Shown here: positions 38,741 to 51,936 of the stretch, piece after piece
Position numbering within the stretch: position 1 is the stretch's first letter
Layout of the letters: each line of letters starts with the position of its first letter
From: Leucoraja ocellata
Lineage: Eukaryota
Direction: 5' to 3'
Length of the DNA stretch: 64,000 nt
NCBI GenBank assembly: GCA_036785375.1
Contig: JAWMAR010000361.1
Span: 620,001 to 684,000 of the forward strand
The notes under the pieces: generated by a model
Told to the model about the DNA's origin: nothing
Database searches by the model: none
What the model saw: only the letters and a program-made list of their open reading frames with translations
Position numbers and translations under genes: made by a program

Positions 38741-39384
38741 ATTGACTTTGGTAAAATTTGTAAATTGTCCCTAGTGTGTAGGATAGTGCTAGTGAGCGGG
38801 GTGAAGGGCACTGTATCTCTAAAGTCTAAAGGCTAAAGAGGCGGAGTGAAATGCAAAGCTGGAGGGAAGGATATGAAACGGGACTGTGGGAGGGGGGGGA
38901 TATAAGGGGGATTCAAAATGTTTTGCTTACAATCTAGATCCACTACATCATATTTCCATTACAAAAAGCATGGAAATATTACTGCTCTGCCTGAAATTGA
39001 AAGAATTGATTGACTTCAGAAATTGAACAGAAGCTGCCATTACAATGGATTTTCCTGCTTTGAGGGTGACCTTAAAGGTTCAGGTCTTGTTGGCAGCTAA
39101 TTACAAACAGGCTCTCGAGTCAAGGCTATCTATGAGCAATACCATATTGAATGTGTTAACATTTAAAAAACCCTAAAGGCAATTGAAATTTCAACTCCAT
39201 TTGGAATTACAGAATCTGGAAAGCTCATTTTGACAAAATTCATCTGAGTTATTAATTCCCTGAATGCTGCTCAACCTTTGCTACCTCTCTGTACTCAGGG
39301 AGTTGCCTGGAGAGCTCCTGACTCTGCTCTCAACTCAAGCTGAGCACAGACTCCAGGAAAAGGGAGAATATGATTCAAGGATAT

Positions 39385-39755
39385 CATAGATTCATAGAGT
39401 CATACTGCATGGGCATAGGCCCTTCGACCTATCTTACCCATGTATACTAACATGATTCATCGACACTAGTCCCACCTGCCTGTGTTTAGCCCATATCCCT
39501 CTAAGCCTGTCCTATCCAGGTACCTGTCCAAATGTTTCCATTCGTTCCATATACCTACCAACCTTAATGCAAAAATGTTGCCATTCAGGTTCCTATTAAA
39601 TCATTTCCCCCCTCGCCTTAAACCCATGTCCTCTGGTTCTTGAGTCCCCTGCTCTGGGTAAAAGACTCTGTGTATTTACTCTATCTATTCCTCTCATGAT
39701 ATTTCAAACGTCTATAAGATTACCCCTCATCTCTTGCCCTTCGAGGAATAAAGCC
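39385..39755 (-). mobile_element. Old CR1-clade LINE 3' fragment
   Basis: Same family as 11506-11988 and 47235-47700. Confidence 0.75.
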
Positions 39756-40282
39756 TAATTATTATCCTTCAAATCTTGTTGAACAATTATAATATCCTCG
39801 TAAGGTTCAGTGAATCTCTTGCCCGGAACCACTCAAAGTGACGAGAATCACCTAGGAAATTTACCAGTTATCTGTGTGTCCCTGTTGTAAGCACATGGAG
39901 GACACGCAGTAAGAATGAAAGGGGGTGCCCAACATCGCAAAGATTTACCCCACCTGTATCCTAGTCTGCACATCCCACAGAGCACATGTTGGTTCTAAAA
40001 GTGTTGGAATGGAAGCAAATCACCCTTGACTCTAAAGGACTGTCCAACGTCTCCTTGCTCTGCAGAAATTCAAACATGGAATGAATTGCCCAATCTATCA
40101 TTCATCAGTCGACAATAATAAGCCAACTACCCAGGTCGGCATGATTTCAACTTGATGACATCCCTTTCATTAAGTCAATGGTAAAGATGAGAGAGAATGA
40201 ATGTTTCTCTCCAGAAGTCTGTCAAGAAGGTGCAATGAAGCGAATAATTGCCCAGCTTGCGTTTGCGTCTTCATGGGAAGAA

Positions 40283-40570
40283 CTTTAGATTTTAGAGTGG
40301 GAGCGTGGCCACAGGCCCTTTGGCCCACCGAGTCTGTGATTGCCCCGTACACTAACATGATCCTACACACCAGGGACAATTAACAATTTGTACCGAAGCC
40401 ATTTAACCCTAAAACCTGTACATCATTGAAGTGTGGAAGATAACCGGAGCACCCCGTGGTCACAACGAGTGATCACAAACTCCATACAAACAGCTCCGAT
40501 AGACAGGTTGGAACCTGGGTCTCCGGCGCTGTAGGGCAGCAACTATACCTGTGTGCCACTGTGCCACCCT
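40283..40570 (-). mobile_element. HE1-like SINE
   Basis: Tail, body and tRNA-like head on the reverse strand. Confidence 0.82.
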
Positions 40571-40809
40571 TTAAAAAAACTTGCAAACCTTGTTAACAAG
40601 TTCTCAAAATAAAGATACCAAGTGGCGAAGCTGGTGCCTTCCCCACTTAATTTTGTTAGGGGTCAGATTCAAGAAAAAGTCGGCTGCAACTTTGTTTGTT
40701 CACTTGCTTCGTGCTTAGATAGATGCAAGACTGGAGCCACCTGGCCTTAGTTTAGAACAGTGTCATTTACGTTTCATTCATTTATTTTCTGGTGAGCGAA
40801 CCAGCCATA

Positions 40810-41350
40810 GAGTGGGGGAGCGGGGGAGCGGGGGAGCGGNNNNNNNNNNNNNNNNNNNNNNNNNNNNNNNNNNNNNNNNNNNNNNNNNNNNNNNNNNNNN
40901 NNNNNNNNNNNNNNNNNNNNNNNNNNNNNNNNNNNNNNNNNNNNNNNNNNNNNNNNNNNNNNNNNNNNNNNNNNNNNNNNNNNNNNNNNNNNNNNNNNNN
41001 NNNNNNNNNNGAGCGGGGGGAGAGGGGGAGCGGGGGAGTGGGGGGCGGGGGAGAGGGGGAGAGGGGGAGTGGGGGAGAGGGGGAGAGGGGGAGAGGGGGA
41101 GTGGGGAGAGGGNNNNNNNNNNNNNNNNNNNNNNNNNNNNNNNNNNNNNNNNNNNNNNNNNNNNNNNNNNNNNNNNNNNNNNNNNNNNNNNNNNNNNNNN
41201 NNNNNNNNNNNNNNNNNNNNNNNNNNNNNNNNNNNNNNNNNNNNNNNNNNNNNNNNNNNNNNGAGGGAGAGCGGGGGAGCGGGGGGAGCGGGGGAGAGGG
41301 GGAGAGGGGGAGCGGGGGAGCGGGGGAGAGGGGGAGCGGGGGAGAGGGGT
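40810..41350 (+). repeat. (GGGGGAGC/GGGGGAGA)n G-rich satellite with gaps 40840-41010 and 41113-41261
   Basis: 8-bp G5 units flank both gaps; strong G-quadruplex potential. Confidence 0.9.
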
Positions 41351-41516
41351 GCACTCGGGAATGATTAAAAAAGTACATTTTGTGCAAAGGGCAATCGACA
41401 TGTTCAAAATCTCCCAAAGTCAGTCACATTTTCAAGACTAGGAGAGGTACATTTTTGACAGGTAAGGAAGGGCATCAAGAAAGATGAAGGAAAGATGGAA
41501 ACATAGATTTGAGGCA

Positions 41517-42075
41517 TGCAATGAGTGTGGACTCCTATATATCAGCGAGGCCAAGCGCAGTGTAGCCAAATGTTTCGCTGAACACCTACGCTCAGTCCGC
41601 CTAGTCCTACGCGATCTCCCAGTTGCCAAACAGTTTAACTCCCCTTCCCATTCCCATATGACCTTTCTGTCCTGGGTCTCCTCCACTGTCAGAGCAAGGC
41701 CACACACAAATTGGAGGAACCGCACCTCATATTTCACTTAGGCAGCTTACAATTCAGCAGAATTAATATTGATTTCTCTAACTTCAAATAACCCCTGCCA
41801 TTCCCCCTCTCCGTCCCTCCCCCACCCTAGTCGCCCTGCCAATTCCACTGATATATCCCTTCGTTATCATCTCTTCCACAGCCAACAATGGACAATAGTG
41901 GGCTCCACCTTTCCTTGGTCATCGGTTCCGGCTCTGATTTGTTCTGAACCTTTTCATACCTTTAGTTTCCATCACCCTGACTCTCAGTCTGAAGAAGGGT
42001 TTCGACTTGAAAACATTACCTATTCCTTCTCTCCAGTGATGCTGCCTGACTCACGGAGTTACTCCAGCATTTTGA
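41517..42075 (+). mobile_element. Penelope-like element 3' fragment (degenerate GIY-YIG)
   Basis: CNECGLLYISEAKR..FAEHLRSV..LPVAKQFNSPSH, then the terminal repeat with a degenerate hammerhead at about 41989. Confidence 0.88.
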
Positions 42076-42498
42076 CAACATGCAATGGCATGTTGGCCTT
42101 CACTGCGAGAGGATTTGACTTTAGGAGCAAGGAGGTCCTACTGCAGTTGTACAGAGCCCTGGTGAGACTGCAACTGGAGTATTGTGTGAGGAATTTGAGG
42201 AAGGACATTATTGCCTTGAGTGTTCTGAAAGGCACCCATAAATAAAATGCATCATTATTATTATTATTATTATTATAATTTCAACAAGATTTATATATAC
42301 CCATTGATCAGTAAAGCTACACACATGAAGCATGGAATGATCAACAATCAGACTAATGTCTGGACCAATTTTCAGCTCAGGATTAATGATTAACAGTGCT
42401 ACTACTTTTGGTTGAGGATCAACCTATTTAAATGTTCACTCACTGAGACTTAGGAGGTGCCTTGTGCCATTAATGTCTATTTATTTTGGACCAGAAAC

Positions 42499-42634
42499 CT
42501 GTCTGTATAGCAGTTAACTCTGCTGTGAATGGAAGAGCATTTGGATCCTTTAGCAGGCTGGCACAGGACTGCATTCTTAGTGTTCTAGTGAAGGTGCAAA
42601 TCTTCCGAAGTTTCATGCTGTGAACCTCCTGTGT
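42499..42634 (-). CDS. Candidate exon 3 (TQEVHSMKLRKICTFTRTLRMQSCASLLKDPNALPFTAELTAIQT)
   Basis: Acceptor tttgtcgatatttcag and donor CAG|gtttct. 136 nt, phase 0-1, open. Confidence 0.5.
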
Positions 42635-43234
42635 CTGAAATATCGACAAATATTGATTCAATATGTAGACTGAACCTCCAAAAAAAGAATGAATGTACTG
42701 TTAGGATTCAGCTAGCAACATTCCATCAGATACAACTCCGACAGTGTACTTCCTCAAATCAAATTGACCAAATAATGAAAATATTATACCATGACATGCT
42801 GAAAACAAATTAAATTTCACATCAAGAATTGTCCAGAACTTGGATCAAAAATAGACATCGCACCCTGTAGTAGTAGTAGACTTTCAAGGTCAAATGAATA
42901 ACTTCCCGAGCCAGATACATTAAAAACATTGTATGAAGGAACTGCAGATGCTGAAGATAGACACAACATGCTGGAGTAACTCAGCGGGACAGGCAGCATC
43001 TCTGGAGAGAAGGAATGGGTGACGTTTCAGGTCGAGACCCGTCTCCAGGCTGTGCTTGGAAAGACAGTTAATATGTGTCAAACTTATATGTCCATAACAT
43101 GTCCATCAATCCAGGTTTATATCTGAGCAGCCTTTTGCTCTTGTTTACTTTTATGTTTAGAGACACAGGCCCTTCGGCCCACCGAGTCTGCCCCGACCAA
43201 TGATCCCCGCACATTAACACTAGTAGGGGCTCCA

Positions 43235-44195
43235 GAAGGTAGATAAAAATGCTGGAGAAATTCAGCGGGTCAGGCAGCATCTATGGAGTGAAGGAAATAG
43301 GCAACGTTTCGGGTAGAGACCCTTCTTCAGGCTGATGTGAGGGCGGGGGGGAGGGGGCGGGAAGAAGAAAGGAAGAGGTTGAGACAGTGGGCTGAGGGAG
43401 AGCTGAGAAGGGGAGGAGAAAGTAGGGACTACCTGAAATTAGAGAAGTCAATGTTCATACCGCTGGGGTGCAAACTGCCCAAGCGGAATATGAGGTGCTG
43501 CTCCTCCAATCTCCAATGGTCCTCACTCTGGCCATGGAGGAGGCCCAGGACAGAAAAGTTGGATTGGGAATGGGAGGGGGAGTTGAAGTGCTGAGCCACC
43601 GGGAGATCAGGTAGGTTAATGCGAACTGAGCGGAGGTGTCGGGCGAAGCGATCGCCAAGCCTGCGCTTGCTCTGACCGATGTAGAGCAGCTGACATCTAG
43701 AGCAGCGGATGCAATAGATGAGGTTGGAGGATGTGCGGGTGAACCTCTGTCGCACCTGGAAAGACACTTGGGTCCTTGAATGGAGTCGAGGGGGGAGGTA
43801 AAGCGACAAGTGTAGCATTTCCTGCGGTTGCAAGGGAAAGTGCCCGGAGAGGGGTTGGTGCGGGTGGGAAGGGATGAATTACGGAGGGAGACGGGGGGGG
43901 GGGGGGGGGGGGGGGGGGGGAGATGTGGCCAGTGGTGGGATCACGTTGCAGGTGGTGAAAATGTCAGAGGATTATTTGTTGTATGCGACGGCTGGTAGGG
44001 TGGAAGGTGGGGAAAAGGGGGATGGGGAGAGAGAGCAGAGTCACGAGGTATAGAAGAGACCCTCATGAGAGCCTCATCTATAGAAGAAGAGGGGAACCCC
44101 CGTTCCCTAAAGAATGAGGACATCTTCGATGCCCTGGTGTGGAACACATCATCCCGGGTGCAGATGTGGCGTATACGGGGAAATTGGAAAATGGA
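43235..44195 (-). mobile_element. Neptune-clade Penelope-like element, 5'-truncated (RT C-terminus, Cys linker, GIY-YIG endonuclease, terminal repeat)
   Basis: QFPRIRHIC..FFRERGFP (RT end), PGTFPCNRRKCYTC linker, and NLIYCIRCSRCQLLYIGQSKR..HL..VAQHF..LEEQHLI..GMN (GIY-YIG). Frameshifted. Confidence 0.93.
43303..43330 (-). ncRNA. Minimal type I hammerhead ribozyme core (best-preserved copy)
   Basis: CUGAAGA-A-GGGU(CUCU)ACCC-GAAA-CGUU in the PLE terminal repeat. Stem III is only the palindromic ACGU and stem I is short. Confidence 0.7.
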
Positions 44196-46043
44196 AGTTA
44201 GTGGTGAAATGGATGAAGTCAGTGAGTTGTGTGTGGGTGCAGGAGGTCGCACCAATGCAGTCGACGATGTAGCAGAGGTAGAGTTCGAGGGATAGGGCCA
44301 CGGTCCGCCTCGAACAAGGATGGTTCGACATACACTTATACCAAGCCAATTAACCTACAAACCTCTTTGGAGTGCGGGAGGAAACCAAAGATCTCGGAGA
44401 AAACCCATGGGGTCACGGGGAGAACGTACAAACTCCGTACAGACAGCACTCGTATTCGGGATCAAACCAAGGTCTCCAGCGCTGTGAGTTCTGCTGTTCA
44501 ACTGGAAGCTTTCCTTTCAGTTCTGCTTTGGTTTTCTGCAGCTTTGCCATCCGTTAGTGATTTGGGTTTCTGATAATAGGTGGGCAAACAGACAAAAAGC
44601 ATCAACGGAGACAGATTTGCTTCATTGTTTTCATTTCCTGTTGAAAAAGAAGAGCATGAACGAAATGTAATTTTTTTGTTGTTGACATTTTTGGCTGAAT
44701 TTAAGGAACTACAATGAATAAAATCTACAGAGGCAGATTGCCGGCTTCCCTGGGAATGCCATCTGGATTATTTAAGAGAAAATGCTCTTTGTCCATGTAT
44801 GTGTTTATGAGTTGTTACTTAACATCTGAATGTTATTCTTAATTTGCCACCAATGAGCTATAATACTTAATGTTAGATCTGTACGTAATCTCAATGCTTG
44901 GGGCAACTGGAGCTCAATAACATTACAAACCTGATACAACAAACAGTTTAAACATTTTATCGATTTCCTGCGGGCATGTAAACGGTTTCGGAGATCTTTG
45001 CATCTCACCACGGCAAGGAAAAAGAATTCTCATTTGTTCTGTGTTCCACTTTATCATCCTCTGATCTTCAAAGTGCACTAATTTGAAGTTCATTCCGCTA
45101 CAAAGGCCGAGAAGGCATCTTTAATGGGATTCTTTGTAGCCTGTGCTAATACTTTAGCTGAAACCACAAGAGGCCTGCGCTGGAAATGATTCTATTATAC
45201 ATTTAGCTTAAGTGACTTTCCACATTCACTTTTGACGTTGCTGCTACTGATCGATTCTACATCATATGGAATTTATACATAAAATATATATCTGTAGTTA
45301 AAAACCATACATGGAATCATTAGGGTTAGGTATGTTATGTTTCTTGAACTGGGGAAAATAAAAAGGAAATACATAAATTTATGGACTATAGCAGAGTATA
45401 ATCTGATATGCCTGCTCATTGCTCCTTACTTCATCTGAATTCAGTTTGACAATTACATTATTTCACAGCAACCAGTGGGTAATAAATTACACTTTAATAT
45501 GTGCCTATCATTTCCATCTTGCAGAAATATTATTGAGTATTAATATTTTCCACTATGCTGCATGCAGATCTAAGTTGAGTTTACCATTCCCAAATAAAAC
45601 AACAAGCAGAGTGAATAAAACTTGAATATATCCTTTCATGGCTTCAAGGGAAACACTTTAAATCCAGTGCTAGATTTTAAAAATATAATTATTATTGGAA
45701 CATAGGAAGTTCCACAAGCGGCCTGTATCCATCAAAGGGGCTTGTCATAATGGCCAACTAATGTTCTCAGCACCATTAGCCAAAGGATAACATATTGACC
45801 TCGACAGAACTAATAATTTGCCTGTGTTGTGTAAAGTGTGCAATTTTGGCATGCTCCTATCTCAGCCAAATGTTTTCTCCAGAGATGTTGCCTGACCCGT
45901 TGAGTTACTCCAACAACTTGTGTCCATCACCCAAACCTGTTCTTTTCACAAAGTGGCACTCCATCTGATCTGCAGGGAATTATTCTTTTAGTGATTGGGT
46001 TCACATCTCTAGATGGGGTGTTTAATCCATATTACTTTAAATT

Positions 46044-46330
46044 GGGCGTAACGGTGGTGTAGTGGTTTTACAGCACAAGAGACCCAGGTTCGATCCTGAC
46101 TCCGGGTCCTGTCTGTACACAGTTTGTACCTTCTCCCCGTGACCTGCGTGGGTTTTCTCCGAGATCTTCACACTCCAATGACGTACAGGTTTGTAAGTTA
46201 ATTGGCTTGGTATAAATGCAAATTATCCCTCGTGTGTGTAGGATAGTGTTAGTGTGTGGGGATCGCTGGTTGATGTGGACTCGGTGGGCTGAGGGGGCCA
46301 ATTTCTGCACTATATCTCTACACTAAACTA
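46044..46330 (+). mobile_element. HE1-like SINE
   Basis: B box GGTTCGATCC, conserved body, (CTAAA) end. Confidence 0.88.
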
Positions 46331-46715
46331 AAATTAGACAAAAATAAATCCACTATTCGACTCAGGAAGAAGTTATGTAGCATGTGGATGGAATGATGTC
46401 ACATGACGAACTTCAAAAATGTGCAGAATATTATTTTTGGGGCATGCTTTGTTCTAATGTCTTTCACAATACATCAGCATTGCATTTCGAGATACAGAAT
46501 CTTAAATTCAGTATATAAAGGCAGTGTTTTCATCTTTTTTACCTCGGATGTTAGGATCAAAAGACAGAGTTGGGGAAAAGAAGTTTCATGGACAGAAAGA
46601 GAGAGAGAAAAACAACTCTTCTTATGCAGGATCTTAAATGGGACATATAACGGTGAATGTATTTGATGCCAAAACTGTTTATTTACCCAGTATATTTTCA
46701 GGGTAATTGAATATA

Positions 46716-47109
46716 GAATCTTATAGAAACTTACAAAATTCTTAAGGGGTTGGACAGGCTAGATGCAGGAAGATTGCTCCCGATGTTGGGGAAGTCCAGG
46801 ACAAGGGGTCACAGCTTAAGGATAAGGGGGAAATCCTTTAAAACCGAGATGAGAAGAACTTTTTTCACACAGAGAGTGGTGAATCTCTGGAACTCTCTGC
46901 CGCAGAGGGTAGTTGAGGCCAGTTCATTGGCTATATTTAAGAGGGAGTTAGATGTGGCCCTTGTGGCTAAGGGGATCAGAGGGTATGGAGAGAAGGCAGG
47001 TACGGGATACTGAGTTAGATGATCAGCCATGATCATATTGAATGGCGGTGCAGGCTCGAAGGGCCGAATGACCTACTCCTGCACCTAATTTCTATGTTTC
47101 TATGTTTCT
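46716..47109 (+). mobile_element. Young CR1-clade LINE 3' fragment
   Basis: ORF 46750-47013; (TTTCTATG)n tail. Confidence 0.95.
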
Positions 47110-47443
47110 AATAGTCCAGAATATTATTTTTCAGAAAGAATACACAAATTAGGAAAGGTAACTCAAATAAAAGATGCAGGCTATGCATTAGTGACACAGA
47201 GAGAACAAAACACTGTTGAAAATAACTTAATCCCCCTAATGATAGTCACAGACTCATAGAGTGGTGCAGTGTGAAAACAGGCCCTACAGCCCAACTTGCC
47301 CACACCGGCCAACATGTCCCAGCTACAGTAGTCCCACCTGCCTGCATTTGGTCCATATCCCACCAAATCTATCCTATCCATGTACCTGTCTAACTGTTAT
47401 CTCTTAAATGTTGGGGTAGTCCCTGCCTCAACTATGTCCTCTG

Positions 47444-47532
47444 AAGAAGGGTCTCGTCCCAAAACCTCACCCATTCCTTCTCTCCAGAGATGCTGCCTGT
47501 CACGCTGAGTTACTCCAGCATTCTGTGTCTAT
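47444..47532 (+). mobile_element. Solo Penelope-like terminal repeat inserted in a CR1 fragment (47235-47700, minus)
   Basis: TSD CTAT(G/C)TCCTCTG at 47432-47443 and 47533-47544. Starts at CTGAAGAAGGG. Confidence 0.82.
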
Positions 47533-48517
47533 CTATCTCCTCTGTCAGCTTGTTCCACACACCCACCACCTTTTGGGTGAAAAAGGTACCCCTCAGATTC
47601 CTATTAAATCTTTTCCCCTTCAACATAAACCTATGTCCTCTGGTCCTCGATTCATCTACTCTGGGCAAGAGGCTCTGTGCATCTACCCGATCTACTCATT
47701 TATTCCAATCTCCATGGCATGAGATTGAAATTATTACACAGACAACTTGGAGGGTGGAATGTACACAAGATCATTTTGTACAGCAACATATGGAGACCCA
47801 TGTGGATACTAATTATTTCACATCATCTAATAAGATCAGGATTCATTAGTAACATTACAGTAAGTTATCATAATGCAATACTTTTTCAAATTGTATTTGG
47901 GAATTCAGTCACTGAGTCCAAAAATTAGGCCTTAAATTTAAACAATGACAGGCACTAAAATTTAAAGAGAAAGTTCATGAGACATATTGAAAAATTGAAT
48001 TTAATGGCAATATGACAGGGAAGCAATGAGGAAAATTATTTATTATACTTGAGAAATGAGAACTCCAGGGAAACAATGCTATTTCTATGCAAATTGGAGA
48101 GGCCAGGGATGGTGATATTGTAAACGCAGCTAAAACATCCCAGGATTGAGTGAATTAAAAAAGTCTGCAAAGAATAGCCATGAGGTACAGTGAAAAGCTT
48201 TTGTTGCATGCTATCCAGTCAGCAGAAAGACAATACATGATTACTATCTAGCCATATACATTGTATGGATACATGATAAGGAATGACATATCCCTTGATG
48301 GTAAATGGCTCTATTGTAGCCATGTATTGTCTTTCATGTATTTTGAGTGTGGGAGGAAACCAAAATAACTGGAGAAACCTCACGTGGTCACAAGGAGAAC
48401 ATACAAATTCTGCGCAGAAAGTACACGTGGTCAGGATCTGGCGCTGTAAGGCAGCAATTCTACCGCTGCGCCACCATGCCATCCCGAAAGAAATCCGAAG
48501 GAACTCTTCCCTCCATC

Positions 48518-48860
48518 TAGTTTAGTTTAGTTTTAGTTCAGAGATACAGCACGGAAACAGGCCCTTCAGCCCACCGAGTCCGTACTGACCAGCAGTCTCT
48601 GCACATTAACACAAGCCTGCACACTCTAGGTACAATTTACACTTATACCAAGTTTACAAACCCAAGCTAATTAAATGACAAACCTGTACGTCTTTGGAGT
48701 ATGTGGGGAAACCAAAGTTCTCTGATAAACCCCGTGGTGGTCATGGGGAGAACGAACAAACTCCGCACAGACAGCAACGTTAGTCAGGATCGAACCCGGG
48801 TCTCTAGCACTGCAAGTGCTATAAGGCAGCAACTCTACCGCTGCACTGCCGTGGCGCCCT
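48518..48860 (-). mobile_element. Full-length HE1-like SINE
   Basis: (TTTAG)n tail; B box read on the plus strand as GGATCGAACC. Confidence 0.88.
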
Positions 48861-50013
48861 CGTTCTCAAGCTGTATATCTGTAGCAATATCTGTAGCTGA
48901 GGGCACAGAGAGCGATATATCCAGTTAGCCGATAAGGTAAAGTCAGATGAGAGAGTAAATTGTTAAAAAGGTGACAGGGCAGAAGGTGGCAGGGAGATAA
49001 TAACATGAAGAAATGTGAAATCACCCACTCTGGCAACGGTGCTGACATGTATTTAAAAAAATATATATTTATAAAACCCAAAGCTGCTCAAATTAAGTTA
49101 TTGGTAATGAATGGGTTTGCATTGTACCATTGCACTGACTTTGTGCAGAGATGAACATTTGACCTTCATGGTCATGACACTGATGTTTTTTTAAAATTAG
49201 TCGAGTAGTATTTGAACAAAGACGGCATTCACCATAGCTCACCAGTGTATACAATTACTTCATAATACTTAATCTGACATTTAACGTGATATTATGTTTT
49301 TAGGTTTGCTGAGTTTCAACAACAGCTGAGAATTGTCATCAGAAATTCACCTGTCGACATTATGATGACACATTGAAACAAACAGAGCTGGAACATGACA
49401 TGCTTTCATTGAAGCCATGGCTTTCATTGAAGAATCACATTCATCTTAAGGTAAAAGGACTAAGTCCTAAGATAAACAGATGCAAAAGTAACCCTCAGCA
49501 TGACCTACTGTGAGTTTGTTGTTCAGCAGGATACCCACGCAGAAGAAACTCTCTCCACTATTGCGTGCAATAATATAGTGTACAGGAGTTCCTAAAGGAG
49601 AAAGATTGAAATCTAAATGGAAAGAGGAACTTGTATAAAAATAATGAAGGGTGCCATGTATAGAAAATATCGTGTCACCTTGATGTGGAATGTGATGCCT
49701 ACATCAGAGGAAGTCCAATTATGCACAGGAATAAGCAACATTTGGGACACACGTTGAACCTTAATGAAGTAATCAAGTTAGACAAAGTAATAAAAATATA
49801 GGAGATTAAGTTGGATAAGTATATCTTGAAAATCATTTTCTATGGTTAAAGCAAGTGGAATGCTAGGCGATGGACTATGAATAAACGCTGATGAATTGTG
49901 TTTCGTAATTGTAATCTAACACTTCACGGTTGCATGCAATGGTTTAATGGCAACTTAAATGGGTGCATGGAATACAAGGCCATGCATCTTTTTTTTAGAT
50001 TTTGTGTTCTAAC

Positions 50014-50059
50014 CTTGAACCATCTTTTTGATGTGAGGCTTAATTCTTCATAGTTGCTC
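50014..50059 (-). CDS. Candidate exon 2 (A-SNYEELSLTSKRWFK)
   Basis: Acceptor ttgtatttgttttccag and donor AAG|gttaga. 46 nt; only phase 2-0 is open. Confidence 0.5.
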
Positions 50060-50859
50060 CTGGAAAACAAATACAATTGAACTAATGAGTGGTGAAGGCT
50101 AGCGTACTGTACAAGATACATTTCCCATCATTACTGATCCACAAGGGGTTAGATCAAAGACACACACCAACCCTTTATGCTGCTGCTCCCCAACTGAAGA
50201 AATATATTATGGATAAAGAAAGATAAAGTTCCCTTACATTAAACAGAAAGGAATATAAAACTTTTCATTTTGGATAATAGGTACATAGTCTTTGTCTGTA
50301 AAGGTCTTATATTACAACAGATTGTAAATTGCACTTCATTGTTTATTGTTTTTCATGCCAATTTTTAACTACAGTCTCATTTCATGACCACCCACCTTTG
50401 TAAAATAGGCTGGGGACCTTGCGAGATGATTTATTCCCTTAGATCACCTTTTCATTCTCCTCTCGTCTTGCTGGGATCCTGATATTTGTTTGATCAGTTT
50501 TGACAAGAGAGAAGGTGCTATTAATGAGAAAAGTTAAAACAATGGTCAACTAGCGATGATTAAAAGAAAAAACGAACTACACTTATATAGTCTGTTCTGT
50601 CTCACGGGGGACACTTCAAAGTGATTCACATGCGCTGAGCTACTTTGAACTGAACTTACTGTTGTGTTGTAAGTGTACCCAGGAACTATCCTCAACACTG
50701 TACGACCCACCAACAGGAAGGTGAGAAATGATCCGTTATACCTGTTTCTTCCTGCTTTTGCTGGTTGAGAAGCGAATATTGGTCCAGTTACTCAAAGAGT
50801 TCTCTATTTATTCTTTGTTCTTCCAGCCATGGAATCTGTAATTTTGGGAACACCTGGAT

Positions 50860-51350
50860 CCAAGACCACAAGAGGTTGCAGGGGATTGTGGGTGCGGCCC
50901 AGACTATCACACAAGCCAGCCTCATGTCCCGTTGACTCCATTTGTACCTCACGCTGCCTCGGCAAGGCCAGCAGGATAATTAAGGATGAGTCACATCCCA
51001 ACCATGCCCTCGACTCCCCTCTCCCAAATGACAAGAGGCACTGATGTGTGAAAACAGACACTTTCAGATTCAGGGACAGTTTCATCCCAGCTGTTATTAG
51101 ACAACTGAATCATCCTACCAACAACTAGAGAGCTGTCCTGAACGACTATCCACCTCATTTCAGACCTTCAGACTATCTTTGATCGGATTTTATTTGACTT
51201 TTTCTTGCACTATTCACGTTATTCCCTTTATCGTGTATCTACACATGGTGGACGGCTCGATTGTAATCATGTGTTGTCTTCCCGCTGACTGCTTAGCACG
51301 CAACAAAACCTTCTCACTGTCCCTTGGTAAACTGAACTAAACTCAACTCA
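50860..51350 (+). mobile_element. Rex1/Babar-type LINE 3' fragment
   Basis: DSICTSRCLGKASRIIKDESHP..LP remnant, 3' UTR and (AAACT)n-like tail. Confidence 0.8.
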
Positions 51351-51936
51351 ACGTGAACTAGTTTAATCCACAGCTGGGTTTCATTAAAAGGCAAGTGTGA
51401 AAGGCTAACATTTCTTCAGTACTTTATTAGTTTGCTAGTTCAGGTTAGCGCTGGCTGTGGGTTGAATCCATTATCTTGCGCTGCACGCTGTGATCCAGTT
51501 GAATGGTAAAACAGGGACACGACCCTGAGTTCTATTCCTGCTCTGATGTTCATTTGTCAATTGTCAAACAGCTAAGCTACTTCATATGATATCTTCGCTG
51601 AGTTTGTCCAAACATTCAACTGCACAAGCTATGTTGAAAAATCTGCCGTCTTTGCGATGCGGGAGGTAAACTGGAGCACCCAAAGGAAACCCAGTGGTCA
51701 CAGGGAGGGCGTGCAAACTCCACACAGACAACACCCAAGGTCAATATCAAAACTGTGTTTCTGGCACTGTGCACCACTGTGCAACTTAAAGATGGTCTTC
51801 ACCGAGGCTGCTCCACTTACTATAAAGAATTATTATTTTTTATTATTAAATTGTTGAAAACATTAGCGACACAGTGTTGCTGGTTTCCGATGGGCATTCC
51901 TTACAATGCTATGTACGACAGTGATCGCAACTTCTA

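Noticed and set aside
40024-40059. Micro-exon EQGDVGQSFRVK resembling a cNMP-binding motif
   Set aside because: Weak donor, too short, and no other domain motifs found.
40778-41441. Long Pro/Gly-rich ORFs (also 5946-6576 and 36252-36682)
   Set aside because: Artefacts of N-gaps and G-rich low-complexity DNA.
43429-43833. Stand-alone or domesticated GIY-YIG nuclease gene
   Set aside because: Frameshifted relative to the upstream RT/linker, and multicopy with decayed paralogs; it is a PLE fragment.
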